Origin: Antedon mediterranea
Lineage: Eukaryota > Animalia > Echinodermata
Length of the DNA: 64,000 nt
Direction: 5' to 3'
Assembly (NCBI RefSeq): GCF_964355755.1
Contig: NC_092680.1
Span: forward strand, 21,895,045 to 21,959,044
The translations under genes and the position numbers were made by a program. Positions 53,770-64,000 of the stretch are shown here, one piece after another. Each line of letters begins with the position of its first letter. Position 1 is the stretch's first letter. A model generated the notes under the pieces. That model saw only the letters and a list, made by a program, of their open reading frames with translations. It had not been told where the DNA came from and did no database searches.

Positions 53770-53948
53770 AGCTTGGTTCCCACTAGAACGTAACGCAAGG
53801 ACGTAAACGCAACGCAAGCGTTTTAACCAATGACAAGCGAAGTTATAGACCGTTAGCAATCACAAGCGAATACGCCATCGCTTGTGATTGGTCAATTCAC
53901 TTGCGCTGCGTTACGTCCTTGTATTGCGTCGCTAGTGGCAACCACGCT
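53770..53948. mobile_element. PIF/Harbinger-type MITE, family B copy 1
   Basis: Imperfect long TIR AGCTTGGTTCCCACTAG..CGCAAGGACGTAA, TAA/TTA flanks; related copy at 63424-63566. Confidence 0.7.
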
Positions 53949-54725
53949 TTAGTAGGAGTCCATGTGTCTGTGGGCCTAAATTCATTTTTTTTTCTTTTCA
54001 CACTACAGACATTCCTTGGATGAATTTCCCAAGACTAAGACTTAGAGGCCTATTCAAAGCTGAATAAACAAAAATGAATGTTAGTTTTTTTTTCATTCTT
54101 GTCCCACCCATTCTATATCAACTTTTCTACATCCTTGATACTATACTATCAAAAATGTAACTAAAACACTCCTTCTTGGGTGGATGCTGCATAATGATTT
54201 ATAGTTAATTCTTATAATGAATGTGCTCTTAATGCACTGTACAAAAACAAAAGGAAATGTCAAAATAAAAGTTTTAGATTTATAGATATTGGATATTTAA
54301 GAAAAATAAATTCATGATTGCAATAATTACAGCCGTTAGTTGAATGCGAGAAAGGTCATAGCAAACAATCAATGATCCTGAAGTCATTAGACAGACTACT
54401 GGACCTTTTGAACAGTAGAAATAGAAATGATTTCTACACCAGCATGCAGGTAAATCAAAAATACACTTTTTCATTTTTTATTTATTAATAATAATGTAAG
54501 GAATTCCATAAAATGTTTTTTTATGGTTTTAATCAATCAATACCAAGTTATAATTTGAAAATTATTGTACTTTGTACCTCACTATATTAGACTAGTATTT
54601 ATTCAGTATCATAATAATGTTTTGTTGTTTATTTCTTACTCTCTCAGTAAATAATAATAATATCCTGAATTTATATAGCGCCTAATGTTGTGAAACCTCT
54701 AAGTGCTGAACATTTTGTTTTATAG

Positions 54726-57700
54726 GCTTTGAGAGATATTAATATACTTTTAGAAGATTTTCGTCCTGATTCAAGTACCAAAAATGATTTAACCGTTAAA
54801 AATATTTTGTAAGTATGCCTACTATATTTGTACAACAAAAATTGTATGATGTTTTTTGCCAACAACATAGAAGATAGAAACTGGTGACAAATATACCTTG
54901 CTAAATATAATGTTATGTTACATGGATGATTGATTTCTATTTATATAATTCTTTCCTGATGTATTTTAAATTGATATTAATTGTAAATTAATTTAGGAAA
55001 CAACTAAATCAGTTCTTAGTAATAGCTGGAGACTTTGAAATGCAGATGTCATTAATTGAGTTGATGGTACGATTAGTGAGAAAATCAGAACGTCCATTTT
55101 ATGCTAAAAAATGGTTTCCACAACATCATCTCGCTCTCAAGTTTCTTGAAATAAAGGAATCTTGTTTTGATGAAGTATGTATTTTTTTAAATGTTTTTAA
55201 AGATGTATTGTCCCCCCAAAACATCTAAAATGAGTAGGCCATTTAGTTTCAATATAGTTAATCAATTCCAGAAAAAAATGTTTTCACTTAGAAAAAAAAC
55301 CCCAAAAAACAAAGTTTAACCAAAAATCTAATTTGGACTATTTTTTGGCTTCAAATTACAGTTTTTTCAGGTAAATAATTTGTTTGGATCAAATTTTTGG
55401 TCAAAGTGAATAACTCTTGAAATTAAAAAAGCATATTATAAAGAGAAACAATTTAAAAATAAAAATAAACTTCATATGAGGCTAGACTGGTGGCATTGAA
55501 ACTGCACACGCATTTCTTTTTTTAACTTGCAAAGCTAATTAATCAGTCTGCTAATTTGTGTCTAGCCCTGTAATAATTAAATTTACAATTTCTAGAAATT
55601 GAATCAAATTAAATAAATCAATATTTAAAATGATCAACTAATTCCTAAATAATATGTTTGTTATTACTTTAAAGGACTGTAGGAAATTCTTGAATATTTT
55701 AAATGAATCTGCTGGTAGAGAGAGGAGGTATGTTACTATATTTAGAAATATAATACGTATTGCTTATTTTGATGTTTCATCTTATTGGCATTACCTGTGG
55801 CGGAAGCATCAATTAATAATGTGTCTTTACTGTATTACTCTGACATGCTTAATTTACGGCGCTTATATTTATGGTTCTCGTCCTATTGGAATCACTTAAT
55901 AATAATTTACACCATTATTGTATTTAAAACATTTTCTCACTATAATCTTAATATACAATATACCAATTTATTTAATGTTAATATTATCTTATAATATTTA
56001 TAAAATATTTATAATTTAAACAAATAATATTAAAAAAAATTTCAGTATAAAAAGAAAATTTGCTAAAGGTGTTGTAACAATATTAATGTTATATAATTGT
56101 TTTTAGTGTCTACTCTAATATGTAGCTGCTGAAGGTGTTGTAACAATATTAATGTTATATAATTGTTTTTAGTGTCTACTCTTATGTAGCTGCTGAAGCA
56201 CACCTTGGATATCATAAGGTCAGTAACACTCAAGTCTATTCAGAAAATATACCATGTCATTTTCAAGTAAAATATTGTTAAATATGGAAACAAATATATA
56301 ATGTAATATTATGTAATGTATTCATGGAGAGATATTTATTGAAAGCCCGACTACTCAACAAATATTTTCCACATTAAACTCATAAACATTTATTATTTGT
56401 ATACTACTGAAGCAAACATAGTGTGGGTGGTTTTCAATTAAAGCAACTGGATTCTATTCCAATTGAGAATTAACTATATAAAATCTATAATAATCTTTCA
56501 GACTGATTTTAATTGTGTTGATTTAATATTCTTTTCTTTTTACAGTTAACTGTCCCAAAAGGAAATGAATTTTGGGTTGATTTCAATTCAGTTTCAAAGT
56601 GCCTTACCATCTATGTTGATGATGAAAATAATAATAGTGTTAGTTATTTTAACTTTTCTAACTGTCTCAAGTTGCATCCTCTTTTATATTTATCATAAGT
56701 TGTCTGAACATAAACTTATCTTGCTCATGAAATGATACAGAACATAAACTTGTCATTTTATTTATGAACTTAGAATTTATGTCTCAATTGTATATTTCCT
56801 TTCTATTAATGAATTCAAAATTTCATCTGTAGTAAAAACAATCAATATTTACTGCTTTGGAATTTGACAAAAGTTTGTTATTTATAATTAAAAGTGTTTT
56901 ACTTTTAGAATGCGTGGGAGACAATTACTATAGCAGATAATGATGTCAACAATTACACAATTAAAGGTATTTATCACATTCTGCATTTCAGAATTTGGCA
57001 TATTATTTAGTTTTTGTTTTTTAGTTTTTGAGCATTAATTTGGTATATTATTTTGTTGTGGTTTCTGTAGTTTTTAGGTATAATTTGGCATATTATTTTG
57101 TTTTTTTTAGTGTTTTAGCATAATTTGGAATATTGTGTTGATTTTGTTCCTTCAGTTTTTTTTAGCATAATGAATTGTTGGCCAATTAAGTTATGTTTTT
57201 GTTCATTTAATTTTTTAGTATATAAACTAATGTAAATATCATTTCATTTTTACTTTTTGAGCATTAATTTGGCATGTTGTTTTTGTTTACAGAGAGAGGG
57301 AGGAGGTTTAATATGCTACATCTGAACCTTACACTTCTTGTGAGTGATTTATTTGAAAAGTGCCAGGATAACAGTCAAGTTGTTCAGATAATGTTTGACA
57401 AATCTATTAATCTTAAACATGCATTGAATGTGGCATTTGGAAACAAGTCTTGCAGAAGAAGTGTAAGTAGCAGTGTAAGATTTAATCTGCTCGCAAAAAC
57501 ATAAAGATAAATAAAATCGATTTGTAGTTTAATCAAGTGAAGTCCCCGGTAAAAATTCCAGTTGAAGACCAGTTGGGAATTTTCCCGGTTGTGAATTGAG
57601 ACAATTACCAGTTGTAAATTTCCCAGTTGTGAATTTTCCAACTGGTCTGATAATCCCAGTTGTAAATTTTACCAGTTGTAAATTTCTCAACTGGTCTGAT

Positions 57701-60700
57701 AATCCCAGTTGTGAATTTTTCAACTGGTCTGATCAATCCCAGTTGTAAATTTTCCCAGTTGTACATTTTTCCTAGTTGAGAATTGTCCCAACTGGTAAAT
57801 TTCAGTACAAAATCGAATCACACAAACTACAGAACTTATTGTTTAACTGTTTATTTTATTAACTTTAATATTTACAATTACAGTAGTTACTTTCAATTCT
57901 GCAGTACTGTAGTTAATTACCCCACAAAGGTCTTAACGACCTGCATAACCCCTACATCTACACAAATGTCAGCATATATCCCTCCTGTTTCCTTTTTACA
58001 GGTCCATGAAAATGGAGATCTAGTATTTATTCAGTAATATATTTATGAAGTTATGGCCACGTACCTTCTTTATTTAGGCATGTTGAAAATTAGTCCTGAA
58101 AGAGAAAAACCAAAACAAATTGTTACTTATATAAACAATCTACTGGTAGTACAAGGAATAAATCAAATTCAAATCTCAAGTGTCAATTTATAATTTATAT
58201 ACTCTTACTGAAAAAGGAAGATGGAATAATATTAATAGAAATGAAAGATTATGCAAATTATGTGGTTCAATTTTTGGTCAAAATAAATAATCTTTATGAC
58301 ATCAAAATGGTCTATTCAACCAACATTCCCTATTTACATCATCATACAGTAAAATGAAAATCTTGCCTCGTCTATTGGTACTACAGGTCCTCGTCTATTG
58401 GTACTACTGTAATTAAAAAAGTATGTCCTTCCTTTTGCTGGCAAGATGGGGAATCAATTCCACCAACTTCTCCTATAAATGCTGGCAAGATAGGGAATCA
58501 ATTCCACCAACTTCTCCTATAAATGCTGGCAAGATAGGGAATCAATTCCACCAACTTCTCCTATAAATGCTGGCAAGATAGGGAATCAATTCCACCAACT
58601 TCTCCTATAAATGCTGGCAAGATAGGGAATCAATTCCACCAACTTCTCCTATAAATGCTGGCAAGATAGGGAATCAATTCCACCAACTTCTCCTATAAAT
58701 GCTGGCTAGATAGGGAATCAATTCCACCAACTTCTCCTATAAATGCTGGCTAGATAGGGAATCAATTCCACCAACTTCTCCTATAAATGCTGGCAAGATA
58801 GGGAATCAATTCCACCAACTTCTCCTATAAATGGAAGAAAGAAACCTTGTATAAAACGAAGATTCTGTATTGAAAGTATTATATTATAGATATCAGGTGG
58901 AAAGTCTTCAGTTACTGAGATGGATATTTCAGTAAATAGAACCACTAAAAGCAGTAAAGACATTTTGTCTGTAATACCAGTCTCTCCAGAATTAATAAGC
59001 TCAAGTCTACCACAAGACGAACCTTACCCAAAGGTAGTGTGTGTTTAAGAAACATTAAATTAATATCAGAAACAGGAGTTTAAGTTGTATCCTGAGTAGT
59101 TATAATATGCTACGATTTTGATGGAAAACTTATGAATAATGGTAATATAAGAATAATGGGATTCATTAAATCTCAAATTTAGTGAATGTATGTAAAGCTC
59201 TGTCTACACTATCAAACTTATGTGATGTGCTCATATATGGACATGATGATGTCATATCACTACCATATTTGGGCACATCACAATTGTTTGTCAAACTAGT
59301 TTGATAGTGTAGACGGAGCTTTAGTTGACTTATTGTGAAAGATCAAACAAGATCTTTAACAAGAATGTTTGTCTGAATATATTCAGATTGGAAGAGGAAA
59401 CAGTGATGTAAGAAGAGTTTCTGTACCTTTGATTGCTATGGTTTCCCCTGCTAGAGAAACAGTACCAAAATCAACTTTTAAGACATCTAAACCAACTCCT
59501 AATGCCTCAATAATGGCTACAAAAAGCAAGAACACTGGACACAAAAAACATGATAATAGTAATGACAAAAAAGGTAGATATTTATGAAATAAATTATGGG
59601 ATACAAATTAAATAGCACTAAAAAGTGACAATGCTGGTTATCAGTGGCTGAATCTCAATGGAGATACAAATAAAATAAGCACTAAATAAATGCTGTTGTT
59701 ATCAGTGGCTTGATCTCAATGGAGATACAAAAATAAGTAAATACTACAAAAAGTGGCGGAGCAGCTTTACATTTGTATCTATTTTTGCATTTTGACATAG
59801 ATGTTCCTAAAACACCCAAGACAAAGCAAGGTAGTACCAAACGAGTGAAGACGCCATTACGTATTATTATACCCAATGATAAATCAAGCACTGATAATGA
59901 AAAGTCTAATGATACTGATACAGACATGAAAAAACCTGTTAAAGAGAGAATAGAGATTTGTGAACAGATTGACATAAAACGTGAAGTTCAGACAGCACCC
60001 AACGGTGAACAGGTAGGCCATGAGGTTGAACTGAACATTGCTGACCTGGTGGTTGCTGACCTGGTTGTTGCTGACCTGGATATTGCCGACCTGAAGATTA
60101 CTGACCTGGTAATTGCTGACCTGGGCGATGGCCATGGTATACAGAACAATGAAGCTGAGAATGATTCTGATGCAGAAGATTTACCAAGTATGTAAATGTG
60201 ATCAAACAAATTAATTACCTTTTATGAAACTTTGATTATTTATTTAAAAATTTATTTTAATAAAAACACTGTTATCCAATCTTAATCATTGATTCTTGAT
60301 TCTCCAACGGAAAACCTGGTATTAAACATGTTATTTGTCTTAATTTCAGTAGTATCTTCTGGTCGTATAGTTCCAGTGGAAAATGATTCTGATGTAATTC
60401 CAGACTCATTGCCACCTTCTTATGACAGTCAACTTAGCAAAGTGGACAACAGGTAATAATATTAATGATGTCATATTTAGCCTCTAACAAATTGTCCTAT
60501 CGCTTAGAAATAAAAAAGTATTAAATAAAAATTAAGGTGTGTTCTTCTATTGAATAGAAAAGATTAATGTTTCACAGTTTAGGAGCTGTAAACTGCAAAG
60601 GCGCGATCACCATACAAGAGATGTTGCATAGACTAGAGATCTACATTTATTTAAGTTTGAAATATTATTACATTCACATGTATAAATATAAATTTTAGGA

Positions 60701-63700
60701 CAATCTGTTAGAGGCTAATATAAATACTTACATATTTGTCTTAATATTGAGAAGGAAATCTAAACAAAATGTCTATAATTGATTGCAGTGAGTTGTATAC
60801 TAAGAAGGTGTACTTAGCAGCTCTGACTCCAACACTAAGTACTGTCGCAGAAGAGGAAGCATCGCGTAGTAAGCAGACTACACCCAGTAATAAACCTGAA
60901 AGTCCAAGTGGATCCCATACTAAGAATCTTACACAAAGCAATGTACCATCACAGAATTCAGGTAAGCATTTATTTATTAATTATCTTTGATATGACGACA
61001 ATTTTAGTTCTTCCATTCTGCTGTAATGTTTACAGATCTAGTAAAAAATCTTGTATAACTCTGCCCACCAGTTTAACCCTGCCCACCAGTTAAACTCCTC
61101 CCACCAGTAAAACTCCGCCCACCAGTTAAACTAAAATTATTTTTGTCTGTATTTTGTAAAACAAATTTCATGTATACCTCAGGTGTAAATGTGTCAATAA
61201 AGTTTATCTTATCTTGAATATTAAATAAATTAATTAAATAAGTAAAGCTACTGAATCAATTTGTTCCTCCTATAATTAAGAATTTTTCGTTACATTAATC
61301 CATTTTTCGTTACATTAATCCATTTTTCGTTACATTAATCTATTTTTAAAGATATTAATCAAGTATCAGATGAAGACCACCTAAATGTATCACAGGAATC
61401 AGTTTGCTCACAATCTAGTAATGTACTACTGAAATGCAGCCAGACAAGAGCAAAACCCAAGTATAACCCTAGTCTAGGTGGATGGCAGATAAAAACACAG
61501 AAACCCTCAAGAGGAAAAGTAAGAGCCAGCCAACCAAAGGAGAATATCGATGAAGTCATTCTGGAAAATGAATCGGACCCATACGAATTTCAAGTAGAAA
61601 CAAGAGCAAGGAAACGTGAAAGTGATTCTCAGTCCTCCTCACCACCATCTTTCTATGCGAAGTATAGAAATAGACAAAAGGAATCAACAAAACAAAAAGT
61701 AAAAAAAACAAAAAAACAACAGAAAGGAAAAATAGGAAAAAAAAATGACGAGAAGAATGAATTAAATAAAAGAAAAACAGAAGACAAAATAGATCATTAT
61801 TCATTTGAAAAAACCGATGAAGAATGTGGAGCACAAAAACAAGTAAACAGAAGAGGTTATGATGATACCGATACTGAACCAATTCCATATGACGACTTTA
61901 TAAAAATGAAAGCAAAACAAAACTTAGAGAAGACGATCAGTGAAGAAGAGTGTCAGGAAGATTCATTAAGTGACTTTAAAAAGCAAAGTTGTAAAAAGAG
62001 TCAAACAAAAGGGAAAGGACGGAAAAGGAAATTTCTTCAATCAATTAATCCTGTCAAACAAATTAACAGTTTAAACAAAATACTGGAGAAGGAGAACAGG
62101 GGCCTAGAACGTAAAAACAAAAGAAACAAAATAGTAGAAATTGAGGTTCTGAGTGATGGAAATACTGATGAAATGGAGGTTCATCATCTTGAAGAATGTA
62201 ATGAAATGGACAACAGTTATAGAAGAAATAAAAAGCAAAGGAAGAAGAACATGCATGAAATAGAGGTTCTGAGTGATGGACATACTGATGAGGTTCATCA
62301 TCTTGAAGAATGTAATGAAATGAACAACAGTAATAGAAGAAATAAAAAGCAAAGGAAGAAGAACATGCATGAAATAGAGGTTCTGAGTGATGGACATACT
62401 GATGAGGTTCATCATCTTGAAGAACGTAATGAAATGAACAACAGTAATAGAAGAAATAAAAAGCAAAGGAAGAAGAACATGCATGAAATAGAGGTTCTGA
62501 GTGATGGACATACTGATGAGGTTCATCATCTTGAAGAACGTAATGAAATGAACAACAGTAATAGAGGAAATAAAAAGCAAAGGAAGAAGAACATGCATGA
62601 AATAGAGGTTCTGAGTGATGGACATACTGATGAGGTTCATCATCTTGAAGAACGTAATGAAATGAACAACAATAATAGAGGAAATAAAAAGCAAAGGAAG
62701 AAGAACATGCATGAAATTGAGGTCCATGATGAACAGCAAAAGAACATGGGTGAGATTGAGGTTATGCGTGATGCACATACTGATGATATTGAGTTCCAAG
62801 ATAGAGATCTTAATGAACTTCACACAATGGTTGGTTCTATGATTCGGGGTTGTAAACCAAAACAGCAAGGTGCGAAAAGTAAGCAAATGCATACGGTTGC
62901 AGATTACAACCAAATGCATACGGTTGCAGATTACAACCAAATGCATACGGTTGCAGATTACAACCAAATGCATACGGTTGCAGATTACAATAAAAAAAAA
63001 AAATTAGAAAGAAAGAAGAAAGAGCAGCAAGAAATAAACAATTACCAGCTTGATGAAAATTACACAAAGAGACAAGAAAGAAGAAAGCCAGGATCTGATG
63101 ATAGTAATGCACGGATTGAGGATTTTGAAACCCCTCAAGAAGTTGTAAGTTGTGAAGAAGATGAAGAAATTGACAAAGAAAAAAGTGAGAATGGTTCATT
63201 GAAGCTGCAGGAGCAAGAAGTAAAGATGAGTAAAATGGAAAACCTTATAGAAACAATTGAGATAATTGACACAGATGATGAAGAAGAGAAAGAAGACCTA
63301 AGTTACAGGAATGAAGAGGAAGATGTATTTGATGAAGAAGCATCTGTTACCAGCTTTGCAACTATGTGTAAGGTAGGTCTACTAAAGCATAGAAGTAAAC
63401 ATGCTGCAAACTCCAGTCAATTAAGCTTGATTCCCACTAGGACACAACGCAAGGATGAAAACCCAACCCAATGACCAGCGACAGTTTGAATAATCCATCG
63501 CTTGTGATTGATCAACTCACTTACGTTGCGTTACGTTCTTGCATTGCGTCTCTAGGGAACCAAGCATTACAAACTAAAATGATCTTAAATGGATTAAAGT
63601 CCCATATATAATTGTTTATCATAAAATATATAATATTTACAGACATTAGAAGAAATTTTAAACCGACAGGCTTTAAAAAAACTATTTATATCCATTATTC

Positions 63701-63856
63701 GGTTTCCTTTGAATTTTTAAAACTTTATTTTACTAATTGTTGTTCATAAAAGTTGTTGATGCCAATAATACATTTTTTGGGTTCTTAGGTCTTGATGACA
63801 GACGTGAAGAAATCTAGGAGATCTCGTAGACCTGTAAACTATGAAGAGCGAGGAAG
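54726..63856 (+). CDS. SYCP2: Synaptonemal complex protein 2-like (meiotic axis protein); start uncertain, continues past the window end
   Basis: Exons 54726-54808, 54998-55174, 55675-55727, 56173-56218, 56546-56638, 56909-56966, 57293-57462, 58890-59033, 59387-59573, 59801-60187, 60350-60452, 60789-60961, 61352-63372, 63789-63856. AGDFEMQMSLIELMVR, WF..FLEIKESCFDEDCRKFLN, EFWVDFN and WETITI resemble the SYCP2/SYCP2L ARM-like and Spt16M-like domains. Downstream low-complexity exons are less certain. Confidence 0.8.
57555..57800. repeat. Degenerate repeat of CCAGTTGTAAATTT / CAACTGGT motifs in both orientations
   Basis: Motif recurs many times within about 250 bp. Confidence 0.6.
58436..58833. 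repeat. 44-bp minisatellite, 9 copies
   Basis: Unit TGCTGGCAAGATAGGGAATCAATTCCACCAACTTCTCCTATAAA. Confidence 0.95.
59196..59320. mobile_element. PIF/Harbinger-type MITE, family A copy 2 (inverted)
   Basis: Same TIR and interior as 42221-42369; TAA/TTA flanks. Confidence 0.75.
62137..62730 (+). repeat. Coding 114-bp (38-aa) tandem repeat, about 5 copies
   Basis: MHEIEVLSDGHTDEVHHLEE(C/R)NEMNNSNRRNKKQRKKN. Confidence 0.95.
62884..62991 (+). repeat. Coding 27-bp (9-aa) repeat, 4 copies
   Basis: QMHTVADYN x4. Confidence 0.95.
63424..63566. mobile_element. PIF/Harbinger-type MITE, family B copy 2
   Basis: AGCTTGATTCCCACTAG ... CTAGGGAACCAAGCA, TTA on both flanks. Confidence 0.6.
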
Positions 63857-64000
63857 GTAAGTATTTTTTTACAAAAATGACCAACATAGAATTAAATCTG
63901 CTTAATTTTACGTTAAATAAGTTTAATTTAACCTGATTTTGAAGAAATAAATGTTGAAATAGACTATTCGCATCCATATCATTCATCTTGTGTTATGTGT

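Noticed and set aside
58436-58860. 44-bp repeat as coding exon (ESIPPTSPIN)
   Set aside because: Unit length is not a multiple of 3, and the flanking exons join in phase without it.
62104-62973. 289-aa antisense ORF (also antisense ORFs over PLAG, RB1CC1, the finger gene and mos)
   Set aside because: Shadow frames of repetitive or biased coding sequence.

Overview
AT-rich metazoan nuclear DNA with spliceosomal GT-AG introns. Gene content suggests an invertebrate deuterostome such as an echinoderm (inference). Six protein-coding genes: (1) a 7-exon gene joining a PRDM10/15-type zinc knuckle + PR/SET domain to a complete PLAG1-family zinc-finger array and PLAG C-terminus; (2) RB1CC1/FIP200, 17 coding exons; (3) an Ig-superfamily type I receptor with repeated cytoplasmic tyrosine motifs, nested antisense in RB1CC1 intron 2; (4) a protein with nine dispersed C-x2-C-x12-H-x5-H fingers; (5) intronless c-mos with a duplicated CPE-rich 3' UTR; (6) an SYCP2-like gene running off the window end, with a tandem SIM-like + NLS-like repeat array. 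There is also a near-full-length Penelope-like element (PLE) in a (TA)n tract, three minimal hammerhead ribozymes, a (TA)n-flanked unit carrying an internal tRNA-like cloverleaf, several MITEs and LINE relics, and many minisatellites. Exon boundaries were read by eye and homologies are recalled, not searched.
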